From NCBI RefSeq assembly GCF_018350175.1, contig NC_058369.1, positions 7,318,001 through 7,382,000 on the forward strand: a stretch of 64,000 nt of DNA, read 5' to 3'. Positions 50,455 to 62,151 of the stretch are shown piece by piece; positions within the stretch are counted from its first letter, which is position 1, and every line of letters starts with the position of its first letter. The notes beneath the pieces were generated by a model. It was not told the origin of the DNA and did not search any database. It saw only the letters and a list, made by a program, of their open reading frames with translations. This DNA is from Felis catus. Lineage: Eukaryota. A program made the translations under genes and the position numbers.

Positions 50455-51073
50455 CACCATTAAGGAAAAGACTAATAAATCTGACTAAAATTCAGAATCT
50501 CTGCCATCAAGACATGATAAAGAGACATTTACAAACAAGAGTAAAAATTGGTAACAAAGATATCATAGTTCTAAACATCATGGGGAAATAACAAAGATAC
50601 AAAGAAAAATCATCAAAAACATGTACAGGTAATTCCCAAGGGGAAATTCCAAACAGCCAGTATTATAAAAAATACCCATTATGAATAATAATCAGCCAAA
50701 TACAAATCAGAACAATGAGATACCATTTTTTTTTTATTTTTTTAACGTTTATTTATTTTTGAGACAGAGAGAGACAGAGCATGAACGGGGGAGGGTCAGA
50801 GAGAGAGAGGGAGACACAGAATCTGAAGCAGGCTCCAGGCTCTGAGCTGTCAGCACAGACCCCGACACAGGGCTCGAACTCACAGACCGTGAGATCATGA
50901 CCTGAGCCAAAGTCAGATGCTTAACTGACTGAGCCACCTAGGCGCCCCAAGATACCATTTCTTAACTACTCTAAAATATAAAATGCAAAAAAACAAAACA
51001 CATAAAACATAAAAACAAATTTTAGCATACAGATTCTATAGCCAGTGAACTTGTTTATTTATTTATTTATTTT

Positions 51074-51078
<5 letters not shown>

Positions 51079-51121
<43 letters not shown>
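51079..51121. repeat. (GA)n microsatellite within a SINE
   Basis: Directly visible. Confidence 0.9.
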
Positions 51122-51124
<3 letters not shown>

Positions 51125-52177
51125 ACAAGTGAGCGAGGGGCAGAGAAAGAGAGGTAGAGAGAAGAGAGAAGGGGGGGTCACCCAAAGCAGGGCTCAAGAT
51201 CATCTTATGGGGGTCCCAGACTCACAAACCTTGAGATCATGAGCTGAGCCGAAGACAGATGCTTAACCAACTGAGCCACCCAGGCGCCTGAGTTCACTTT
51301 TAGACTCATTTATATGTATGTGCAATGGGAGATGTGCAAGAATGTTTACAGCAGCATTATTCATAATGGATAAAAGCTGCAAGCAACCCAAAGAAGTCTA
51401 TCCACTCTACACTGGATAAATAAGCTGTGGTATATTCATACAAAAAGTCCCTTACATAGCAACTAAATAAATTAATTACAACTATATGTGACACATAAAT
51501 AAATGCCAAAAATGTGTGAGCAAAAGTAGGTCACATGAAAATATATAAAGATGTTATTCACTTACATAGTGTTTTTCTTTCCTTGATCTTTTTTTAGTAA
51601 CTTTATTTTGAAATAGTATCAGAACCACAAGAAGTTGAAAAATAGTACAGAGTTCCCATGTACTCTTCACCCAGCTTCCCCCAATGGTAATATCTTAACA
51701 TAACCACAGTACATTCTTTAAACCAGGACACTGGCATTGCTACAATACTATTAATTCAGGTACAGACCTCATCTGCATCTTACCTATTGTTATTTGTACT
51801 CTTTTCTTTTATGGGGGCAGGGAGACAATACAGTTCTGTAGGTAATATATGAGTGATCAAGTACTGTGACATTTTATTTTATTTTTAATGTTTATTTATT
51901 TTTGGGACAGAGAGAGAGCATGAACGAGGGAGGGTCAGAGAGAGAAGGAGACACAGAATCTGAAGCAGGATCCAGGCTCTGAGCTGTCAGCACAGAGCCC
52001 GACACGGGGCTCGAACTCACGGACTGTGAGATCATGACCTGAGCCGAAGTTGGACGCTTAACCAACTGAGCCATCCAGGCGCCCCTGTGACATTTTATCA
52101 CATATACAGATAGCTTCAAGTAACCATGCTCACAATCAGGATACAGAAAAATTCCATCTCCACCAAGAAACCCTTTC

Positions 52178-54710
52178 TTTTTTTTTTTTTTTTTTTAATT
52201 TTTCTTTTTAAAATTTACATCCAAGTTAGTTAGCATATAGTACAACAATGATTTCAGGAGTAGATTCCTTAATGCCCCTTACCCACTTAGCCCATCCCCC
52301 TCTCACAACCCCTCCAGCAACCCTCTGTTTGTTCTCCACATTTAAGTTTCTTATGTTTTGTCCCTCTCCTTTTTTTTACATTATTTTTGTTTCCCTTCCC
52401 TTGTGTTCATCTGTTCTGTGTCTTAAAGCCCTCATATGACTGAAGTCATACATTTGTCTTTCTCTGACTAATTTTGCTTAGCAATAATACCCTCTAGTTC
52501 ATCCACGTAGTTGCAAATGGCAAGATTTCATTCCTTTTGATTGCCAAGTAATATTCCACTGTATGTATACACCACATCTTCTTTATCCATTCATCCATCG
52601 ATGGACATTTGGGCCCTTCCCATACCTTGGCTATTGTTGATAGTGCTGTTATAAACACTGGGGTGCATCTGCCCCTTCAAAAGAGCGTACCTGTATCCCT
52701 TGGATAAATATCTAGTAGTGAAATTGCTGGATTGTAGCGTAGTTCTATTTTTAATTTTTTGAGGAATCTCCAGACTGTTTTTCCAGAGTAGCTGCACCAG
52801 TTTGCATTCCCATCAGCAGTGCAAAAGAGATCTTCTTTCTCTGCATCCTTGCCAATATCTTTAATTAATTTACTGATAAATTAAACATTAAACTAAAATC
52901 CATTTATTTTTGTGTATGGTGTAAGAAAGTGGTCCAGGTTCATTCTTCTGCATGCCGCTGTCCAGTTTTCCTAGCACCACTTGCTGAAAAGGCTGTCTTT
53001 ATTCCATTGGGTATTCTTTCCTGCTTTGTCAAAGATTAGTTGGCCATACGTTTGTGGGTCCATTTCTGGGTTCTTTATTCTGTCCCATTGATCTGAGTGT
53101 CTGTTTTTGTGCCAGTACCATACTGTCTTCATGATTACAGCTTTGTAGTATAGCTTCAAGTCTGGGATTGTGATGCCTCCTGCTTTGGTTTTCTTTTTCA
53201 AGATTGCTTTGGCTACTTGGGGTATTTTCTGGTTCCGCACAAATTTTAGGATTGTTTGTTCTAGCTCTGTGAAGAATGCTGGTGTTATTTTGATAGGTAT
53301 GGCATTGAATATGTAGATTGTTTTGGGTAGTATCAACATTTTAACAATATTTGGTCTTCCTATCCAGAAGCATGGAATATTTTTCCATGTTTTTGTGTCT
53401 TCTTCAATTTCTGTCATAAGCTTTCTATAGTTTTCAGTGTATACATTTTTCACCTCTTTGGTTAGATTCATTCCTAGGTAATTTATGGCTTTTGCTGCAA
53501 TTGTAAATGGGATTGATTCCTTGATTTCTCTTTCTGTTGCTTCATCATTGGTGTATAGGAATGCAACCGATTTCTGTCCATTGATTTTATAATCTGAAAC
53601 TTTGCTGAATTCATGGATCAGTTCTAGCAGATTTTTGGTGGAATCCATCATCTGCAAAGAGTTAAAGTTTGACCTCCTCCTGGCTGATCTGGATGCCTTT
53701 TATTTCTTTGTGTTGTCTGATTACTGAGGCTAAGACTTCCAATACTATATTGATTAACAGTGGCAAGAGTGGACATCCCTGTCTGGTTCCTGACCTTAGG
53801 GTAAAGCTCTCAGTTTTTCCCCATTGAGGATGATATTAGCGTTGGGTCTTTCATATATGGTTTATGATCTCAAGGTATGATCCTTCTATCCCTACTTTGA
53901 GGGATTTTATCAAGAAAGAATGCTGTATTTGGTCAAATGCTTTGTCTGCATATTGAGAGGGCCATGTGGTTCTTGTCCTTACTTTTATTGATGTGATGAA
54001 TCACATTGATTGTTTTGTGAATATTGAACCAGCCCTGAATCCCAGGTATAAATCCCACTTGGTTGTGGTGAATAAATTTTTAATGTATTGTTGGATCCAG
54101 TTGGCTAATACCTTGTTGAGGAATTTTGCGTCCATGTTCATCAGGGAAACTGGTCTATAGTTCTTTTTAATGGGGTCTTTGTCTGGTTTTGGAATCAAGG
54201 TAATGCTGGCTTCATAGAAAGAGTTTGGAAATTTTCCTTCCATTTCTATTTTTTGGAACAGCTTCAAGAGAATAGGTGTTAACTCTTCCTTAAATGTTTG
54301 GTAGAATTCCCCTGGAAAGCCATCTGGCCCTGGACTCTTGTTTTTTGGGAGATTTTTGATTACTAATTTGATTTCTTTACTGGTTATGGGTCTGTTCAAA
54401 TTTTCTATTTCTTCCTATTTCAGCTGATTTTTTAAAAATTTTTTCTTATTTTTCCTCTTTCAGTTTTGGTAATTAATATGTTTCTAGGAATTTGTCCATT
54501 TCTTCCAGATTGCCCATTTTATTGGCATATAGTTGCCCATAATAATCTCTTATTATTGTTTATATTTCTGCTGTGTTTGTTGTGATCTCTCCTCTTTCAT
54601 TCTTGATTTTATTTATTTGGGTCCTTTCCTTTTTCTTTTGGATCAAACTGGCTAGTGGTGTATCAATTTTGTTAATTCTTTCAAAGAACCAGCTTCTGGT
54701 TTCACTGACC
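52178..54710 (-). mobile_element. 5'-truncated young felid L1 (ORF2 RT region to poly-A), non-functional
   Basis: ORFs 54001-54399 ([21 protein letters not shown]...[11 protein letters not shown]) and 52971-53657 are L1 ORF2. Frameshifts, an internal deletion and poly-T at 52178. Confidence 0.95.
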
Positions 54711-55689
54711 TTTGTTTCCTTCTAACCCATGTTATCCTTCTCCCAACCCATGGCAATGTGTTGTCACATAAGAAATTAATAAATTCAGAATCACAATAGT
54801 TATTTCATCTTGAGAAAATTCATGAAGATCCCATACATGAGACTTCTGAGGCACAGCAATCTTCTCTCTCTTGGCTTGGTTGATGGCTACAAATTTACTC
54901 TTTTTTAACGGTGTGTATATATTTTCATCAAATCTTTTCTATTTCCAATTTTTTCAAAGACAAATACAGAATAGAAATTACAACTATTAAGGTAGCAGAA
55001 ATTAATCCAACATACTAGATATGACAATAAAAAATGAGATTGGTTGACAAACCAAAAGATATTTTCAGATTGGATTTTTTTTTTAATCCAGCTACATCCT
55101 ATTTACAAGAGACACATCTAAAACTTAAGTACACTGAAGTTTAAATGAGAAAAATGGAGGGGCGCCTGGGTGGCGCAGTCGGTTAAGTGTCCGACTTCAG
55201 CCGGGTCACGATCTCGCGGTCCGTGAGTTCGAGCCCCGCGTCAGGCTCTGGGCTGATGGCTCAGAGCCTGGAGCCTGTTTCCGATTCTGTGTCTCCCTCT
55301 CTCTCTGCCCCTCCCCCGTTCATGCTCTGTCTCTCTCTGTCCCAAAAATAAATAAACGTTGAAAAAAAAAATTTAAAAAAAAATGAGAAAAATGGAGACA
55401 TACATAACAAATACCAACAAAAGGAAACTGGCATGGCTTTATTAATAATACTTAATTAACAAACTATTAATGAGATTAAATTATTAATATTAAATTCAAT
55501 TAAATAAATAATTTTTTAAGATTAAAAAATCTTTCTCCTTACTGTCTCCAATTTTTCTCCCACTTTGTCCCAAATCCATTTCAATCAGGCTTCTGTGGGC
55601 AGACCAAAGAATCAACTTTGACAAGGTCCTCAAGGACTTACATTGATATTTTGATATTTATTGTCAAATTCAGTCAGAAAAAAAGGGAG

Positions 55690-55975
55690 AAGAGCCAAGG
55701 AGGACTGCGTAGGGGGTCTCAGACCTCAGCACAGTCTGGCCAAGTTTGGGCCAAGCCAGTGAGGGGTTCTTGAGCCACAGACATCACTAGAAGACTAGAG
55801 ACTTACCACCCACAGGAAGGGCTTACATGATTCCTCCTGCCAAGCTTACTCACTGCTAGGAGCAGTCTTAGCACAACACCAGAGGTAGGTCCTGGGATGG
55901 GTAGCAACCAGGGCCATCAGCCAACTAAGCCCCTAGGAGGCTATCTAAGGGGCAGGTTCTCATGGCCGCCACACC
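55690..55975. mobile_element. LTR16-like ERVL LTR fragment
   Basis: Recalled LTR16 motifs (ctcagacc.cagcacag..., ggttcttgagcca, tcatggccgccaca). Confidence 0.55.
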
Positions 55976-56399
55976 AGGAATAACCATACTCAGCTGGGAG
56001 TAATGAAAACTAACTAAGAGTAATAAAAAGTTCCTGGGGCACCTGGGTGACTCAGTTGGCTAAGTGCCTGACTTCTGCTCAGGTCATGATCTCAATGGTT
56101 CATGGGTTTGAGCCCCACGTCGGACTCTGAGCTGCCAGCTCAGAGCCTGGAGCCTGCTTCCGATTCCGTGTCTCCTTCTCTCTCTGCCCCTCCCCCATTC
56201 ATGCTCTTTCTCTCAAAAATAAACAAACATTAACCAAAACAAAACAAAACAAAAAATAAAATAAAATAAAATAAAATATTCCTGATAGCTCCTCTGCCAC
56301 AAAACTACAATCTCACTTTTTCTTTTTAAAGAATCTTTCTTCTTCTCACATTACATAAGTCTAGAAATAAGCAGTTCACGGCTGCTACAGCCACTCAAA

Positions 56400-57080
56400 G
56401 AAACCCCTGGGAAGCAAGGAGTCTTGCGTTCTAGATGCACCATCTCTACCTGTAGTTTCTGCCTACCGGTTACAGAGTAACCTCCTTCCAACTCCAAGCA
56501 CTGTATCTCGTTTCTAGGCAGAATGGAGGAGGAAGGACCATGAACAAAAAGTGAAAATAACAAGATGGGACTGTCGCCTTTTTAAGAGCTCTCCTAGAAG
56601 CTGCGCCAGTGACTGCCTACCTGCCACGGGCCAGGGCTCTGGGACATGACTATTCCTTCAAAAAAGACTAAGAGAGAGAGGCGCCTGGGTGGCTCAGTCG
56701 GTTAAGCATCCAACTTTGGCTATGTCATGATCTCAATGGTTCCTGGGTTCGAGCCCCGCATCAGGCTCTATGCTGACAGCTCAGCATAGATTCTGCTGCT
56801 TCAGATTCTATGTCTCCCTCTCTCTCTGCCCCTCCCCTGCTCACGCTCTGTCTGTCTCAAAAATAAACATTTAAAAATGAATAAATAAACAAACAAACAT
56901 TTAAAAAAATAAAAATAAACTAAAAAAAGAAAGACTAAGAGAGAGTGCTTGTTGGGTTTTGTTTTCGTTTGGTTGGTTTTGTTTTTACAGTGAACAATAA
57001 CAAGTTGAGCAAAATCCAAGTTGTGAGAGGAAGAAGAATGGGGAGAATGGATGTAGAGGCAGCCAGCAGTGTCTGCCGCC
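56400..57080. mobile_element. Old MLT1 (J/K-like) fragment with a SINE
   Basis: ggaagaagaatggggagaatggatgt.gaggcagccagcagtgtctgcc end motif. Confidence 0.55.
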
Positions 57081-57895
57081 CCAGACCAGAGAGAAAGTCC
57101 CAACAAATGCCAAAGAATCCATATCCTACAGATCACGGACTCTGACCACAAAGCCATCAGATGGGAAATGAAAAGGCAACTAAGAACTGGCACTGCATCT
57201 TGGAAACATATTCCTGAGCAGCCCATGAGTCCAAGAAGTTGTCAAAATGGAAATGAGACGGTATTTACAACTGAGCCATAATAAATAAAAATATTAACTA
57301 TCACAACTTGTTCAATAATCTAGAGGGCATTTAGAGGGATATGAGTATTCTTGGGTATATATATTATGAAAGAAAAAACAAATTAATGAGCTAGGGGCCA
57401 CCTTAAGAATGCAGCACAATGGCAATCTCCTGTTCACAAATGGATATGGCCTCGGTCTCTCTCAGAACGAGTTCTCTTGTGAACAGTAAGTGAAGATCCA
57501 CACTCGAAGACCCTCCATATTCATTATCCTAACAGGACCTCCCTCCATTGGGCCCTCACATGCTTCACACAAGAATGAGTGCTTATGAAGGCTTTCACAC
57601 CTTCTTCTGTGAAAAAAATATGACTTTCTGTGCAGGTATACAGTTCCTGCCCTGATTCTTTTGAGTTGAGCAAAGTGACTTTTGCCAGATGACTCCATTA
57701 AGTGTCTTTTATCCCAGAACTTCACAATTAAGATTTCTTAAAACCATTTTTATAACAAAATTATGCTCCAAATCCTCAATAAAGGGTATTTGTGGGATGG
57801 GAGAGATTTAATTATAGTTTGTGTGCCAGTAACATTATTTTGTTAATGTTAAATTTCATGACTATATTAATATTTTGATTATGGAGGAAAATGTC

Positions 57896-58293
57896 TGTGG
57901 GAAGGCAATTCTCCATGGGCAGCTCATGTTTGCACATCTTACTCTGTTCTGTACTATGTCTTCAAGGATGTTTATATAATATCCATAGACGGGGGCAGAC
58001 TTTTTGTTGTTCAGTGTAATAAAGATAATGTCTCCTTCTGGGGCAAAGAACAAGAAGGTTTGTTTGCAGCTCCTTAGAAAAGCTTGGGGTTCCTCAGACA
58101 AATCCACTTCATGTCTCCCCTGTGGGTCTTGAGAGTCAAGAGGAATTGATGGCAACATGAAGCTTATACTGGCTGCTGTGCTGTAACAAAGTCCTTGATC
58201 TCTGATCCAGAAGTCTGGTGTCTTTGGCCAACATCCATGAAACTGTGGCAGGCTAATTTGTTAGCCTGTAAGTAGGAATTTGAGTTCCTGACA
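57896..58293 (+). mobile_element. LTR40-like ERVL solo LTR
   Basis: tgtggga.ggcaattctccatggg start, ttcaaggatgttt and catccatgaaactgtggcaggct, ending in tgaca. Confidence 0.7.
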
Positions 58294-58371
58294 ATGTCTT
58301 TGTTCTTAGGATAAATGTTAAAGGAGTCTTATGTCTGTAAAAGCTCAACCATAAAATAAAATTATACACAC

Positions 58372-58375
<4 letters not shown>

Positions 58376-58414
<39 letters not shown>
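58376..58414. repeat. (CA)n microsatellite
   Basis: Directly visible. Confidence 0.95.
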
Positions 58415-58416
<2 letters not shown>

Positions 58417-59749
58417 GCTATAACTGTCAAAAAATGTTGACAACTGGTGAATCTAAGTGAAGGAATGGACTTGGGGAATTTTCCCAACTAATACTATGAG
58501 GCTACCACATCACTGTAACCTTGTAATAACAATAACAAAAGGATGACAGGAGAAAGAAAACCTGCAGGCAATCTCACTCAAAGATGCAGAAATCCTATCA
58601 TATTAGAAAACTAGGAAAAAAAAAAAAAAAAAAGGAAACTAGGAACAATGATGTGTGACAGATATGTTATCCAGGAATGCAGTTAATTTCACAGTGAAAA
58701 ATAAACTGAAGTAATTTACTCCACAAACATGTTAGAAATGTTACATGTATTCATTCATTCATTCAACAAATACTTATTGAGTGCCTATTATGTGTCCATT
58801 GCCTACCATTGTTCTAGAGGTTTTGAAATACATCAGTAAACAAATATTACCATCTCAGGGGAAGCCGAACAAACATAAAATCCAACATCTGTTCATGAGA
58901 AAGAAGGCCAACACCTTAGATAACAAAATAAACTCTCTCATCCTAGTAAAGTTATCTACAAAAATGTTATAGAGAACACCACACTTAAAAGATGAAATAT
59001 GAGAAAAAATGCCCTTTAAGATCAAGAAGAAGAAAAGAGTTCCTAGGACTTCTTCTAGTCAATAGGGTTCAAGCCACAGCCAGAGAGAGTCAGGCAACAA
59101 AATCATAAGAAAAGAATAAGGATTGAAAAGGAGCAAAAGAATTCTGCCTGTATTAGTAGATAAGATTATCTACAGAAAACCTCAAAAGATCTACGCATCA
59201 GTTATCAGAATAAGAGTAGAGCAAGTTTGCTACAAGCCAAACTCAACATAACAAAGACAATTATCTATGAGGACCAGCAAGATAGTACACCGCCAGCCCT
59301 TCTCCAGAAACCTTACAGCCTGATTTAGTTTGAAGTATCCAATGCCTATGAAAGAAACCAATTCAAGTTCTCATAAAAAGTCCAAAAAGACTTCTAAAGA
59401 ACACAAGGGAAAGAACCAAATTAGACAGTGCAGCATCGAAACTACTGAGTAAAAGGAGGCAGACTCTGAAAAAGATGACAATGTCAAACTAAATAAAAAG
59501 CCCATCTGAATCCCAGTAAATGAGTTAAAAAGGGTCACACTCTTCAATCATTCATCCATTCCAAAAAAGGATTCATCAACTGAACTCCCACATCATTTGA
59601 GAAAAGATATTATTACTGTCCCCTACAAACAATGTCAAAATTGCAAGGGTAACTCAAAAGCTACATATTATGGATATATCCTACCACAATGGAGACTGTA
59701 CTAGAGTTATCAAAATGCACGTCCAATGGCATCTCCTTTTATAACAGAT

Positions 59750-60100
59750 ACAGTTTAGTGAGATATAGTTTCATATCATAAGGCGCATCATTTTAAAATT
59801 CAAATGATTTTTAGTGAACTCACTGAGTTGTGTAACTATCAGCACAGACCCGTTTTAGAACGTTACTGTCAAAACCAACAAGATCCTTCATGTCTATTAA
59901 ATGAGGTTGCCACCCCCAGCCCAAGCAAACACAATCCTGCTATCTGCCTCTATGGCTTTGCCTATTCTGGATATTCCAAATAAATGGAATCATACAATAT
60001 GCAGTCCTTTGTGACTGGTTTCTTTCACTGAGCATAATGTTTTCAAAGTCCATCCATGTTGTAGCATGTACCAAAACTTCATTTCTTTGTATTGCCAAGT
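59750..60100 (-). mobile_element. L1MB-type 3' UTR fragment abutting the second zinc-finger array
   Basis: ttgcctattctgga.att.ca.ataaatggaatcatacaatatg...ctttcact.agcataatgttttcaa motif. Confidence 0.8.
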
Positions 60101-61514
60101 AGTGCCCTCTTGTGGGTAGTCAGGCTAGAGCTCCTATTGAAGGCTTTCCCACAGTTGCTGCAACAGTCAAGCTTCTCCCCACTATGGACTCTCCTGTGCG
60201 CCCCCAGATGGAATTTCCTGCCAAAGGCTTTGCCATAGTCATCACACAGTCCCTCTTGGCGTGCACTCACTTATGCACGGTCAGGTCATTGCTCCTGATG
60301 AAGGCCTTTCTACAGTCATTGCATTTATACAGTTTCTTCCAATTGTGCATCCTCTTAAGAACAGCAAGGACTCAAGCTGGATCTGAAGAAATTCCCACGT
60401 TGGTTGCAGTCATACAGTTTCTCTCCAGTGGGAGTTCACAAATGTGTTATAAAGGACGAATGAGGACCCAAAGCTTTCCCACACTGAAAACCGTCATAGG
60501 GTTTCTTGCCAGCCTGAGATCACACATGTGTCCTAAGGGATGAAGGATAACTAAACACTCTCCCACATTCTTTACATTCATTTCATTTCTCTCCTATGTA
60601 ATTTCTCTTGGGTGAAACAAGGTTAGAATTCCTTCTGATGGTTTTACCACATAGACTACATTCATGGGGAATCTCTCCAGGTTGAGTTGGTGCCTGTTGG
60701 TTAAGGGATAAGTTGTAACTAAAGGCTTTCTCACTCTCAATGCACTCATGGAGACTCCCCCCACCCCATGAAAGTCTGCACTGTAAAAAAAGCAAATGCC
60801 TACATTAGAAAGTGCTGCCATTTCCAGGGCTTATGTACGGCTTCTGCTCTGTTCAAGTTCTTTTGAATTTTAAGTAAGGTGAGTGCTCTGCCACAAGGTC
60901 CAGAATGGAAGCTTCTCATGTATATTTTTCCTGATAATTACTTAAACAAAAACTGGGGCACCTGAGTGGCTCAGTTGGTTGGGCATCTGACTTCACTCAG
61001 GTCATGATCTCATAGTTCGTGAGTTAGAGCCCCACATCGGGCTCTGTGCTGACAGCTTGGAGCCTGGAGCCTGCTTCAGATTCTGTGTCTCCCTCTCTTT
61101 CTGCCTCTCCCCCTCTAACACTCTGTCTCTCAAACATAAATAAACATTTTTTTTTTAATTTTAAACAAAAACTGAATTATGTGTCAACATTCACTAAGTC
61201 GTATTAATGGATATGTTTACCTGTGGGAACTCTCCACAAATAAATACTGAAATTGGTTTAGAATGTTCTGCAAATTCATGATACTCAGAGACTCTCTGAC
61301 TCAGAAACAACGTCTTCTGGGTGAAGGTCATTGGTCCCAAGTGTCTCCCCTGGTGGTTATGCTCTTCTGTGTCACAGCAACCCCAGCAGAGAACCAGCAA
61401 TGCACCCTCAAGAGAGAGGCGTTCGGGAGCCTTACCCTTTTCCTGACAGAAGTTTTTCCCAAAGTTTATTCTGCTTTGCAGTGGTCTCTTTGGCTTTAAG
61501 TTGAAACTTTTGAT
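60095..61514 (-). pseudogene. Second, heavily decayed C2H2-ZNF pseudogene (3' part: spacer exon 61436-61514 plus finger exon)
   Basis: 79-nt exon ttcag|ATCAAAAG...GG|GTAAGG (DQKFQLKAKETTAKQ), paralogous to the 83-nt spacer exon. About 8 degenerate fingers at 60100-60760 (HECSLCGKTIRRNSNL, CKECGRVFSYPSSLRTHV*, CSNCGKAFNRSSSLTTHKR) with several stops and frameshifts. SINE at 60955-61160. Its KRAB exons would lie outside the window. Confidence 0.88.
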
Positions 61515-61798
61515 CTGAAATTAACGGGGGAGAGGAGGACAGATATTTTTTTTAGAGAAATAAATTGTGAGGTAAAGGTGATTAAAAACAAAAATGTGGG
61601 GCACCTGGGTGGTTCAGTCGATTAAGCATCCGAATTCAGCTCAGGTCATGATATTATGGTTCATGAGTTCCAGCCCTGTATTGGGCTCTGTGCTGACAGT
61701 TCAGAGCCTGGAGTCTGCTTCAGATTCTGTGTTTCCCTTTCTCTCTGTTCCTCCCCTGTTCATGCCCCACCCCCCCACCCCCCCGCCTCTCTCTCTTT

Positions 61799-61836
<38 letters not shown>

Positions 61837-62151
61837 AAATAAACATTAAAAAAATTTTTAGAAACAAAAACAAAGAAGGGTGCCTGGTTGGCTCACTCGG
61901 TTAAGCATCCAACTCCTGACATTGTCTCAGGTCATGATCTCACACTTCATGAATTCAAGCCCCACACCAGGCTCTGCTCTGGCAGTACAGAATCTGCTTG
62001 GGATTCTCGCTCTCTCCTTCTCTCTCTGTCCCTATCCTGCGCTCTTTCTCTCAAAATAACTAAACTAAAAAAAAAAAAAAAAAAAAAAGAACAAAATAGA
62101 TTTTTAAAAAAGAACAAAATAAACCAATACATTAAAAAAAAAAAAAAAAGA

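Noticed and set aside
52971..54399. 228-aa and 132-aa ORFs as host genes
   Set aside because: Fragments of L1 ORF2 in a truncated, frameshifted element.
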